64,000 nucleotides of DNA, from positions 4,140 through 68,139 of the forward strand of contig LCFP01000012.1 of the NCBI GenBank assembly GCA_000999095.1, read 5' to 3'. Origin of the DNA: Candidatus Gottesmanbacteria bacterium GW2011_GWA2_43_14 (GTDB lineage Bacteria > Patescibacteriota > Microgenomatia > 2-02-FULL-39-11). The notes under the pieces are model-generated. The model searched no databases. It had not been told where the DNA came from and was given only the letters and a program-made list of their open reading frames with translations. The position numbers and the translations under genes were made by a program. This document shows, one piece after another, positions 8,296 through 17,114 of this stretch. The stretch's first letter is position 1. Each line of letters opens with the position of its first letter.

Positions 8296-9264
8296 ATGAA
8301 AAAAAGCATCGTCAAAGTCAGAAATCTGACCAAAGTCTTCGTATCGGGAAAATTCAGCCTGAGACGAACAAAAAAAGAAAAAGTGACTGCCGTAGACGGT
8401 ATATCATTTGATATTCATGAGGGTGAAATCCTGGGGCTTTTGGGGCCTAACGGCGCGGGCAAAACCACTACCATCCAGATGATCCTGGGCCTGATAACGC
8501 CTACCTCAGGTACGATCTCAGTTTTCGGCAAAAATCTGGAGAATAAGCGCAAAGAAATCCTGAAACAGGTAAATTTTTCATCGACATATACACATCTGCC
8601 TTGGAATCTGACGATTTGGGAAAATCTTTATGTCCAGGCACTTTTGTACGCTATCGAAAATCCCAAAGAAAGGGTGGCGGAAATCCTGAAACTTTTTTCG
8701 CTGGAAAGTAAAAAAAACAAGGAAGTCAACGAATTGTCTTCCGGCTGGACAACCAGGCTTAATATGGCTAAATCGTTTTTGAATAATCCCAGGTTTCTGC
8801 TTCTGGATGAACCGACCGCTTCCCTTGATCCCGAAAGCGCGGAATCGATAAGGGAGCATATCAGGAAAATCAGGAGAAAATACCAGACCACTATTCTCTT
8901 CACCTCCCATAATATGGCCGAGGTGGAAGACATCTGCGACCGTGTTATTTTTCTCAATCTGGGCAAAATCATTGCCCGCGACACTCCTGAAGGATTGGCC
9001 AAAAGGATAAAAATATCCAGAGTTGAGATGATGATTGTGGACGGCCTGAAAAGGTTGCGTTCAATTGTGCGTGAGAATAAGTGGCAGGTCCAGGTATCCG
9101 GCAGATTTACAACAGTAAAGATACCCGAGGCTGATATCCCTAAATTTCTGAATATGCTTTCCGAAAAAAAAGTATCTTACATGGAGATTTCCATAGAAAA
9201 ACCTACTTTGCAGGATTTTTTCTTATTAACGGCTTCCGCCAGAATGCGGCCATCTATCGGCTGA
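8296..9264 (+). CDS. ABC transporter ATP-binding protein
   Basis: Walker A GPNGAGKTT, a variant signature LSSGWTTRL, and Walker B LLLDEPTASLD. Confidence 0.85.
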   Translation: MKKSIVKVRNLTKVFVSGKFSLRRTKKEKVTAVDGISFDIHEGEILGLLGPNGAGKTTTIQMILGLITPTSGTISVFGKNLENKRKEILKQVNFSSTYTHLPWNLTIWENLYVQALLYAIENPKERVAEILKLFSLESKKNKEVNELSSGWTTRLNMAKSFLNNPRFLLLDEPTASLDPESAESIREHIRKIRRKYQTTILFTSHNMAEVEDICDRVIFLNLGKIIARDTPEGLAKRIKISRVEMMIVDGLKRLRSIVRENKWQVQVSGRFTTVKIPEADIPKFLNMLSEKKVSYMEISIEKPTLQDFFLLTASARMRPSIG

Positions 9265-9270
9265 AAAAAC

Positions 9271-10065
9271 ATGGAAGAAATAAACTGGTCAGGTGTCAAA
9301 GGCATAATCGTCAGGCATATGTTTGCCTGGAGGCGGGATCTCGACCGTCTGGTCGATGCTTTCTGGTGGGCGACTGTTGACCTGGTTTTCTGGGGATTGA
9401 CCTCAAGGTATGTCGAACAGTACAACCTGGGTTTTGACATAGTCGCAGTTTTCATCGGCGGTATTATTTTCTGGTCAGTCATCATCGGCAGCCAGCGTGA
9501 TATCAATATGCCGCTTCTCGATGAAGCCTGGAACCGTAACCTGATAAACCTTTTTACCACGCCTATCAGTCTGGTGGAGATGGTCATCGCAACCGTCCTT
9601 TTGGGTTTACTCAAGCTGACGATGACGATGACTTTTCTGTCGCTTTTGGCTTTTTTGCTCTACAAATACAATATTTTGAGTAACGGTTTTTATATCCTGC
9701 CTTTTTTTGCCAACCTGATTCTGATGGGCTGGACTGTAGGCTTTATCATCGACGGACTGATCCTGCGGTACGGTTATAAAATCCAGGCATTTGCCTGGGC
9801 GCTTATTTTTGTGATTTATCCGTTTGCAGCCGTGATTTATCCGGTAGGGGTTTTACCGAAATGGGCTCAGGTCATCTCACGACTGGTCCCTGCCAGTTAT
9901 GTTTTCGAAAACATGAGGAGGATTATCAGTCATGAAACCGTCAATTTTAACGAACTGGTAATCAGTTTCCTTCTAAACGTCCTTTATCTGACACTGGCGA
10001 TTATCTTTTTGAAAAGAATGTTCCGCCAGGCACTGAAACTGGGCAAACTGATAAAACTGAACTGA
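9271..10065 (+). CDS. ABC-2 family transporter permease
   Basis: Six predicted TM segments. Starts 7 nt after the ATPase gene. Confidence 0.7.
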   Translation: MEEINWSGVKGIIVRHMFAWRRDLDRLVDAFWWATVDLVFWGLTSRYVEQYNLGFDIVAVFIGGIIFWSVIIGSQRDINMPLLDEAWNRNLINLFTTPISLVEMVIATVLLGLLKLTMTMTFLSLLAFLLYKYNILSNGFYILPFFANLILMGWTVGFIIDGLILRYGYKIQAFAWALIFVIYPFAAVIYPVGVLPKWAQVISRLVPASYVFENMRRIISHETVNFNELVISFLLNVLYLTLAIIFLKRMFRQALKLGKLIKLN

Positions 10066-10077
10066 AGGATACCGGAA

Positions 10078-10105
10078 GGTGTCTAGCTATATCACACCTG
10101 GTGTG
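10078..10105 (+). repeat. Core copy 2 of the palindromic repeat (ggtgtctagctatatcacacctggtgtg)
   Basis: Exact match to the core of copies 1 and 3. Lies 13 nt after the permease stop and about 40 nt before the thyA start. Confidence 0.8.
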
Positions 10106-10141
10106 CGATTGATATCGACAAGGGAAATATTCTTTTATAGA

Positions 10142-11152
10142 ATGGAAGCTGCGATGGCTGACAAAAATCATCCGGAATACCAGTATTTAAATCTGCTTAA
10201 GGATATTCTGGACAACGGCGTCTGGAAAGTATCCCACTCAACAGGTGTTAAGCTGAAAAGCGTCTTCGGCCGGCAGATCAGATTTGATTTGTCCAAGGGC
10301 TTTCCCCTTTTGACCACCAAAAAAGTTTTCAGCCGCGGCATCATCCATGAACTGATCTGGTTTCTCTCAGGCTCCTCCAATATCAAATATCTGGTTGAAA
10401 ATAACGTCCATATCTGGGACGAATGGGCGTACAAAAAATACACCTGGGCGATGGAAGACTCGGCCAAAGGCCGATCGTCCTCTGGACGAAAAAAACAGAT
10501 GCCGATTCCTTATGAAGAATTTATTAAAAAAATAGCCGAAGACAAAAAATTCCTGGAAAAATGGGGGGAACTGGGACCTGTCTACGGAGTTCAATGGCGG
10601 CGCTGGCCTGCCTATGACGAAATGAATAAGGGGAGGATCAAAGAAATTGACCAGCTGGGATGGGCAATTGAAAAAATAAAAAAATATCCCCAGAAAAAGC
10701 ACTATATCATTTCGGCCTGGAATGCAGGTTCAATTTATGAAATGTCAGGCAGCCATTCGGCCTCGATGGTGATTGCGCCCTGCCATACGATGTATCATAT
10801 TAATATTACAGGGGATAAGTTGTCGCTTCTTTTATACCAGAGAAGTGCCGATTCATTCCTGGGCGTGCCCTTTAATATAGCAAGCTATGCCCTGTTGACG
10901 CTGATGCTGGCCCAGGTGACAGGCTATAAGCCAGGTGATTTCGTCCATACTTTCGGCGACATCCATATTTATGAAAACCATTTCGACCAGGTAAAGGAAC
11001 AGCTGAAAAGGACTCCGAAGCCGTTGCCTGTCATGAAGTTAAATCCGGAGATCAAAAACATAGATGATTTTAAATTTACTGATTTTGAATTATCGGGTTA
11101 CGATCCGCACCCGCCGATAAAAGGCGAGATCACGGTCGTAGGAGGATTTTAA
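10142..11152 (+). CDS. thyA: Thymidylate synthase (ThyA). Start uncertain (10142 or 10154).
   Basis: FGRQIRFDL, the PCH catalytic Cys motif (MVIAPCHTMYHINI), and SADSFLGVPFNIASYALLT. Confidence 0.85.
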   Translation: MEAAMADKNHPEYQYLNLLKDILDNGVWKVSHSTGVKLKSVFGRQIRFDLSKGFPLLTTKKVFSRGIIHELIWFLSGSSNIKYLVENNVHIWDEWAYKKYTWAMEDSAKGRSSSGRKKQMPIPYEEFIKKIAEDKKFLEKWGELGPVYGVQWRRWPAYDEMNKGRIKEIDQLGWAIEKIKKYPQKKHYIISAWNAGSIYEMSGSHSASMVIAPCHTMYHINITGDKLSLLLYQRSADSFLGVPFNIASYALLTLMLAQVTGYKPGDFVHTFGDIHIYENHFDQVKEQLKRTPKPLPVMKLNPEIKNIDDFKFTDFELSGYDPHPPIKGEITVVGGF

Positions 11153-11153
11153 A

Positions 11154-11642
11154 ATGGTGCATTTGAAAATATCGCTGATTGCGGCAATCGGATCCCACCG
11201 GGAGCTGGGAAAAGACAATAAACTTCTTTGGAGTATCCCCGAGGATATGCACCACTTTAAACAGATAACCTGGGGTCATCCTGTTGTCATGGGCCGTAAA
11301 ACTTTTGAATCTATAGGCAAGCCTCTCGACGGACGGCTGAATATAATTCTGACTAAAGAAAAAGATTTCCATCCTGAGGGCTGTTTTATCGCCCATTCCA
11401 TCCCGGAGGCAGTCAGCCTGGCCGAGAGTCGCAATGCCGAGGAGGTTTTTTTCATCGGCGGCGGAGACGTTTACCACCAGACGATCAAAATGGCGGATAA
11501 GCTTTACTTGACGGTCGTCGAGGGTAAATATGACGCCGATACCTACTTTCCCGATTACAGCGAATTCAAAAAAGTGCATTTCCAGAAGAAAGGGGAATAT
11601 AAAGATTATAAATATACTTTTCTGGAACTGTCCAAACTTTAA
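11154..11642 (+). CDS. folA: Dihydrofolate reductase
   Basis: ISLIAAIGSHRELGKDNKLLW...GRKTFESIG. Starts 2 nt after thyA. Confidence 0.85.
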   Translation: MVHLKISLIAAIGSHRELGKDNKLLWSIPEDMHHFKQITWGHPVVMGRKTFESIGKPLDGRLNIILTKEKDFHPEGCFIAHSIPEAVSLAESRNAEEVFFIGGGDVYHQTIKMADKLYLTVVEGKYDADTYFPDYSEFKKVHFQKKGEYKDYKYTFLELSKL

Positions 11643-11650
11643 TCTTTTAA

Positions 11651-12325
11651 ATGTTTCCCATCCGCGACCATAATCCGTCGAAGAGTTTTCCCGTCATCAC
11701 GGTGTTAATCATTTTGATCACCTCTTACGTTTTTTTCCTGCAGTTAACAGCTTTCGACCCTGAGGCTTTCATCATGAATTACGCCCTGGTGCCTGCATTG
11801 GTCGATTTCGGCAATCCTGCAACCTGGTGGCCTTTTATCTGGTCGATGTTCATGCATGGCGGGTGGCTGCACATCATTTCCAACTTGTGGTTTCTCTGGA
11901 TATTCGGAGACAATGTCGAGGCATTTCTGGGACATATAGGATTTTTGCTTTTTTATCTGTTAACCGGAATTGCCGCCAGCCTGGTGCAATTTTTTTTCAT
12001 GAGCGGATCGGAGATTCCGACTCTGGGAGCCTCCGGGGCAATCGCCGGAGTCTTGGGAGCTTACCTGGTTTTGTACCCCAGACACAAAATCGATACGTTG
12101 GTAATATCTTTCGGCGGATTCCTGCAAAAACTACAGATACCGGCTTCATTCATGCTCGGATACTGGTTTATCATCCAGCTGTTTTCGGGTGTCGGCAGTT
12201 TGGGAGCGGCCGGTCAGGGCGGCGTCGCCTGGTGGGCCCATATCGGCGGCTTTGCTTCAGGCTATCTTTTCACCCAGGCAGTCAAAGGCAACAACCGGAC
12301 TGAAACAGAACCGGATGCAGGGTAA
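11651..12325 (+). CDS. Rhomboid family intramembrane serine protease
   Basis: HGGWLHIISNLWFLWIFG, GASGAIAG (GxSG) and AHIGGFASG (His). About six TM helices. Confidence 0.8.
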   Translation: MFPIRDHNPSKSFPVITVLIILITSYVFFLQLTAFDPEAFIMNYALVPALVDFGNPATWWPFIWSMFMHGGWLHIISNLWFLWIFGDNVEAFLGHIGFLLFYLLTGIAASLVQFFFMSGSEIPTLGASGAIAGVLGAYLVLYPRHKIDTLVISFGGFLQKLQIPASFMLGYWFIIQLFSGVGSLGAAGQGGVAWWAHIGGFASGYLFTQAVKGNNRTETEPDAG

Positions 12326-12381
12326 TTTTCTGTTTTGTTTTGATAAATTAGCCTTTTTTGCTATAATGAGAAACTCTTAAG

Positions 12382-12786
12382 ATGAAAAGGATGTTTTTAT
12401 CATTAGTACTGTTTTTTGTCCTGTTACTTCCGGCAGGTGTAAACGCCCAAGAGACACCATCGTCAACACCCGAACCAACGGTGACGGCAACGCCAACCGG
12501 CAGCAGTGCGACAGCTACAAATTCACCTTCCGAACCGACGGCAACATCCAGGCCTCAGGCAACCGTCACCAGAACTCCGGTAAGAAGCACAGCCACGCCT
12601 TTGCCTCCGACCGTCACACCGACCATTACTTTGTCACCCACGCCCAGCCAGACACCGACTCCGACTCCGGCACCTTCTTTTTTGGCCAGGAGCGGGGGAG
12701 GAGCGGGTTTTATTTTGATTCTGGCAGGTTTAGCTCTTCTGGGCGGTTCCGTCTACTACCTGCGTAAACAAAAGCGCTCAGTTTAG
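12382..12786 (+). CDS. Secreted Thr/Pro-rich protein with a GlyGly-CTERM-like tail (GGG, then a TM helix, then basic residues)
   Basis: Signal peptide, a TP-rich linker, and the C-terminus ...ARSGGGAGFILILAGLALLGGSVYYLRKQKRSV. Immediately downstream of the rhomboid gene. Confidence 0.5.
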   Translation: MKRMFLSLVLFFVLLLPAGVNAQETPSSTPEPTVTATPTGSSATATNSPSEPTATSRPQATVTRTPVRSTATPLPPTVTPTITLSPTPSQTPTPTPAPSFLARSGGGAGFILILAGLALLGGSVYYLRKQKRSV

Positions 12787-12927
12787 CTTCCATATTTTTT
12801 ATTATCCCCTTTTTATATATTCCTGATATTTCTCTCATGTGCTGAAACTACGATAACGGCATAATAATGTTACTTACAGGCCTGCCGCCTTAAAACATTT
12901 TATCTCAACAAAATATCCATCTTTGCC

Positions 12928-12957
12928 AGAAACCCCCGAATACTCGGGGGTTTTTTA
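12928..12957. terminator. Bidirectional intrinsic terminator
   Basis: An A-run, then the CCCCCG-aatact-CGGGGG hairpin, then a T-run. It lies between convergent genes (12382..12786 + and rnj -). Confidence 0.6.
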
Positions 12958-12973
12958 TATTTCCGGGGGGATT

Positions 12974-14677
12974 TCAAACATTGATGACGACGGTCAGGAT
13001 GAGCGGACGGCGGTGGGTTTCCCTGAAGAAAAATTCCTCCAGATTGCCTTCGATCTGCCGTCTGACAAAATGCCAGTCGGTAATGCGGCCCTTTTTCAGT
13101 TTCAGGGAATTGACAATGACATTTTTAGCCTTCTCTATCAGTCCTTCCGACTCTTTCATATAAACAAAGCCGCGGGAAATAATATCCGGATCAGCTGAAA
13201 CGCGGCCGGAAGACTGGTCAATGGGCACAACCACAACCACAATTCCTTCACTGGCCATCGTCTGGCGGTCGCGAAGAACCACATGGCCGATATCGCCGAC
13301 ACCCAATCCGTCGATCATAATATTTTTTAAATTGAGGCGGTCTTTAACACTGACCTGGCCTTCTTTGGTAAATTCCAGAATTTCCCCCTCCTGGGGTTGC
13401 AGGACTTGTTGATGTTTATAGCCCATATCATAAGCCAGTTCGGCATAATGTCTCATTTGCCTGATGGTGCCGCCGATCGGCAGAATAAATTTGGGCCTGG
13501 TCAGGCCGATCATCAAAGCCAGGTCACTTTTGGATCCATGGCCTGAAACATGCAGGGCATCGGTGATTTCCGAATAGGCGACTCTGGCGCCGGCTGCGGT
13601 CAGGGAATCTATCAGGCCATGAACGGCGCTTTCATAGCCGGGAATGGGATCGGCGGAAAAGACCACGATATCCCCTTCTTTTATCGAGACAGACTTATGG
13701 ATGCCTTCGGCAATTCTGGACAGGGCTGAATTGGGCTGAGCCTGGCTGCCGGTAACAATCAGAGCCAAATCCTTGGGAGGGTGCTTGCGGATGTCTTTTT
13801 CGCGGACAACAAAGTTGTCGCTATAGTGCAGATAATTTAATTTGCGGGAGACATCGATATTTTTCTCGATCGACCTGCCTAAAAAGGCAATTTTGCGGTT
13901 GTGGCGGATAGCCACATCAACCGCCTGTTGAATCCTGGAGATGTTCGATGACTGGGTGGTGAAGATAAATTTACCAGGACAGTTCCGGATTTCTTTTTCC
14001 AGGGCATCTTCGATGACTCTTTCAGAGAGGGTATAACCTTCGGATTCCACGCGGACACAGTCTGATAAGAGGCAGACAATGCCGGAATTGGCGCTTGCTG
14101 CGATTTTGCCGACTTCAGTCTGCCTGCCGTCAATAGGCGTCCAGTCGAATTTGAAATCAGAGCCGTGGTAAAAATTGCCGACCGGAGTCCTGATAAAGAG
14201 ATTGGAGGCATCCGGTATGGAATGGGTGACATGGATGAAGCTGACGGTAAACGGGCCGAGCGTCAGATTTCTATCTTCGGCAATTTCATTCACCTGAAAC
14301 TGCAGACCGAAATCAGCTAATTTAACTTTGGCCAAGGCCGAAGTCAGTTTGTTGGCGTAAACAGGCACTTTTAGATCGGGCAGAATATAAGGCAGGGCGC
14401 CGATATGGTCTTCATGCCCGTGAGTCAGGACGATGCCGCGGATCTTGTCTTTTTTGTCCTGAAGATAGGTGATATCGGGAATAACCAGATCAATGCCGTA
14501 CATGGCTTCATCGGGAAAACCTATACCGCAGTCGACGATCAGTATGTCGCTGATAGTTTTCGGGTCTGAGCGAAGCTCATAGATATACATGTTTTTGGTG
14601 ACATTGCCGATGCCTCCCAGGGGGATCAGTCTTAAAAATTGGCCAAAGGGATTTTTATATATGGGTTCTGTTTGCAT
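12974..14677 (-). CDS. rnj: Ribonuclease J
   Basis: Metallo-beta-lactamase motif LTHGHEDHIGALPY. The length and beta-CASP region match RNase J. Confidence 0.85.
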   Translation of the reverse strand: MQTEPIYKNPFGQFLRLIPLGGIGNVTKNMYIYELRSDPKTISDILIVDCGIGFPDEAMYGIDLVIPDITYLQDKKDKIRGIVLTHGHEDHIGALPYILPDLKVPVYANKLTSALAKVKLADFGLQFQVNEIAEDRNLTLGPFTVSFIHVTHSIPDASNLFIRTPVGNFYHGSDFKFDWTPIDGRQTEVGKIAASANSGIVCLLSDCVRVESEGYTLSERVIEDALEKEIRNCPGKFIFTTQSSNISRIQQAVDVAIRHNRKIAFLGRSIEKNIDVSRKLNYLHYSDNFVVREKDIRKHPPKDLALIVTGSQAQPNSALSRIAEGIHKSVSIKEGDIVVFSADPIPGYESAVHGLIDSLTAAGARVAYSEITDALHVSGHGSKSDLALMIGLTRPKFILPIGGTIRQMRHYAELAYDMGYKHQQVLQPQEGEILEFTKEGQVSVKDRLNLKNIMIDGLGVGDIGHVVLRDRQTMASEGIVVVVVPIDQSSGRVSADPDIISRGFVYMKESEGLIEKAKNVIVNSLKLKKGRITDWHFVRRQIEGNLEEFFFRETHRRPLILTVVINV

Positions 14678-14682
14678 AATTA

Positions 14683-15768
14683 TTACCAGGTAGGCAGAAA
14701 TTTTTTAACATTGTCATTGGTGAGGGTGACTTTGCTGACCTGATTTTCAATAATCTGCCTGGCAACTTTGCGGCAGACGCCGTCGATAGTCCTTTCCAGC
14801 GTTCTGATGCCGGAATCGTAACCGAGCGGCCTGACTATGGCACTCCAAACATTATCTTCTATCTGCAGTTGCCCGGCAGAAAGACCGGTAGCGGCCAGGA
14901 TTTTGGGATAAACATAAGATTTGGCGATGACAATTTTTTCTTCATCATTATAGGAGGGCATCTGAATGGGTTCCAGTCTGTCCATAACCGCCGTTGAGAT
15001 ATTATTGGTATTGTTGGCTGTGGCTATAAAGAGGACTTCGGACAGGTCAAAGGGAAAATCTATGTAATGGTCGATAAAACCTACATTTTGTTCAGGGTCC
15101 AGAAGTTCGACCAGAACGCCCATAATATCCGACCGGGCATGCTCGGCCACGCGGTCAAGTTCATCCAAAAGGATAACCGGATTTTTACTGCCGGCACGTC
15201 TTAATGCTTTTATCAACTGGCCGACTTCGGCATCGGGATGGACGCGTGATTCCCCTCTCAAGTCAAGGGCCGAACCCATGCCGCCGAAAGGAATTCTGAC
15301 AAATTTCCGGTTCAGGGCTTCGGCGATTGAGATGGCCATGGTTGTTTTGCCGGTGCCGACCAGGCCGACAAAAAACAGGATGGGTGCCCTGGTAAAATTG
15401 TGTTTGGCATCAGGATGTATCTGGCTCAAATTCAGATTCAATTTCATGACTGATAAATATTCCAGTATTCTGTCTTTTAATTCGCCCAGACCGTAATGAT
15501 ACTTATCCAGAATCAGTTTGGCATTTTTAATGTCCAGATTATCAGGAGTCTTGTATTGCCAGGGAAGGGAAGTGATCCAGTCAATGTAAGCGGCCACGGC
15601 GTCAAATTGGCTGAACTGGGTATGGTATTTAAAGCTCAATTCCGCCCGGTGGATCATGGTTTGGGCTTTTTCTTTGAGTTCCTGCGGTAAGGTAACGGAG
15701 TTTATTTTTTGAGTCAGTTTTGTCAGTTCCGCAAATTCTCCGTCGGCGGCGTTTGTTTGGTTGTCCAT
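14683..15768 (-). CDS. Lon-like AAA+ ATPase that lacks the Lon N-terminal (LAN) domain and the protease domain
   Basis: YIDW..LPW, DKYHYGLGELKDRILEYLSV, Walker A GLVGTGKTT, Walker B ILLDELDRV, LLDPEQN. The ORF stops exactly where the Lon protease domain would begin. RNase J starts 5 nt later. Confidence 0.7.
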   Translation of the reverse strand: MDNQTNAADGEFAELTKLTQKINSVTLPQELKEKAQTMIHRAELSFKYHTQFSQFDAVAAYIDWITSLPWQYKTPDNLDIKNAKLILDKYHYGLGELKDRILEYLSVMKLNLNLSQIHPDAKHNFTRAPILFFVGLVGTGKTTMAISIAEALNRKFVRIPFGGMGSALDLRGESRVHPDAEVGQLIKALRRAGSKNPVILLDELDRVAEHARSDIMGVLVELLDPEQNVGFIDHYIDFPFDLSEVLFIATANNTNNISTAVMDRLEPIQMPSYNDEEKIVIAKSYVYPKILAATGLSAGQLQIEDNVWSAIVRPLGYDSGIRTLERTIDGVCRKVARQIIENQVSKVTLTNDNVKKFLPTW

Positions 15769-15815
15769 CAGTAAAATTATAACAGGCTTTAAGATTTGCT
15801 GTCAGTGGAAAGATT

Positions 15816-16970
15816 TTAAATCCCCTCAAGGGCTTGCGTTATATCTGCTATCAGATCATCCGCATCCTCGATGCCGACGGACAGTCTGATCAGTGTATCG
15901 CTAAGTCCGATTTTCGCCCGGTCTTCTGCCGGAATCGATGCATGGGTCATCGAAGCCGGATGCTCGATAAGCGATTCGACCACACCCAGAGATTCCGCCA
16001 CGGCGATAATTTTCAATGATTCCAGAAATTTTACCGACAGGGCAAGATCGGTATCCAGTTCGAATGAAAGCATACCGCTTGCGCCTGTCATCTGTTTTTT
16101 GGCAATGTCGTAATTCGGATGGGTGGAAAGTCCCGGATAATAAATTTTTTTGACTTTCGGCTGACGGCTGAGGAAGTCCACGATTTTCAGGGCGTTTTCT
16201 TCATGCCTTTTCATTCTCAAAGAAAGGGTTTTGATGCCTTTCAATATCTGGTAGCTGTCAAAGGGAGAGAGTATGGCTCCCACGGCATTTTGCAGGAATT
16301 TCAGACGAACAGACAACTGTTCGTCCCTGACAACAACGCCGCCTGCCACACAATCGGAATGGCCGCCGATATATTTGGTCATGGAGTGAATAACTATATC
16401 AGCTCCCAAATCCAGCGGTTTTTGGAAATAGGGCGAAGCGAAAGTATTGTCGACAACCGTCAAAATGCCTTTGGCCCGGGCTGTTTCGGCAACCGAGGCA
16501 ATATCGATTATTTTCAGAAGGGGATTGGTCGGCGATTCTATCCAGATCACTTTGGTGTTTTTCGTCAGATGAGGAAGAATTTCTTTGCCCTGGCAAAAAT
16601 CGGCGAATGTAAATTCCAGCCCGAAATCGCCAAAGACTTTGGTGAATAGTCTCCGGCTGCCGCCATAAACATCATCGATTGAAAGCAGGTGATCCCCCTG
16701 TTTGAGAAGCAGAAGAATGTTGGTCATGGCAGCCAGTCCGGAAGAAAAAGCAAAAGCGTATTTGCCGTTTTCAAGCGCGGCCAAGTTTTTTTCCAGGGCT
16801 TCCCGCGTCGGATTGCCGCTTCTGGAGTATTCATAGCCTGCTGTTGGCCGGTCGACTTTTGCCCGGGCAAAGGTGGTCGAGAGGTGGATCGGGACAACAA
16901 CATCGCCGCTGCCGCCCTCTTTTAAATTGGGTTCATTGCCGGTATGAATGGCTTTGGTAGCAAATTTCAC
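15816..16970 (-). CDS. Cys/Met-metabolism PLP-dependent enzyme (cystathionine gamma-synthase / beta-lyase / methionine gamma-lyase family)
   Basis: PLP-lysine motif SMTKYIGGHSD and an N-terminal AIHTG. GTG start. Confidence 0.75.
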   Translation of the reverse strand: MKFATKAIHTGNEPNLKEGGSGDVVVPIHLSTTFARAKVDRPTAGYEYSRSGNPTREALEKNLAALENGKYAFAFSSGLAAMTNILLLLKQGDHLLSIDDVYGGSRRLFTKVFGDFGLEFTFADFCQGKEILPHLTKNTKVIWIESPTNPLLKIIDIASVAETARAKGILTVVDNTFASPYFQKPLDLGADIVIHSMTKYIGGHSDCVAGGVVVRDEQLSVRLKFLQNAVGAILSPFDSYQILKGIKTLSLRMKRHEENALKIVDFLSRQPKVKKIYYPGLSTHPNYDIAKKQMTGASGMLSFELDTDLALSVKFLESLKIIAVAESLGVVESLIEHPASMTHASIPAEDRAKIGLSDTLIRLSVGIEDADDLIADITQALEGI

Positions 16971-17114
16971 AAAAAAAACCTTCCTTGAGGGATAGTCAGA
17001 TTTCTAACTCGAGAAAATCCGGCTTCCGTTACGGAAGGCAACAACAAATTTCAATAATTGTTCCGTGATTCATGTTTGAGAGTAAATAATAGCAGAAAGC
17101 CCTGATTTTGTCTA

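Noticed and set aside
16971-17114. Hairpins downstream of pnp and upstream of the metC-like gene as a riboswitch
   Set aside because: Only short imperfect stems (CTTCCG/CGGAAG). No recognisable S-box, T-box or SAM riboswitch consensus.
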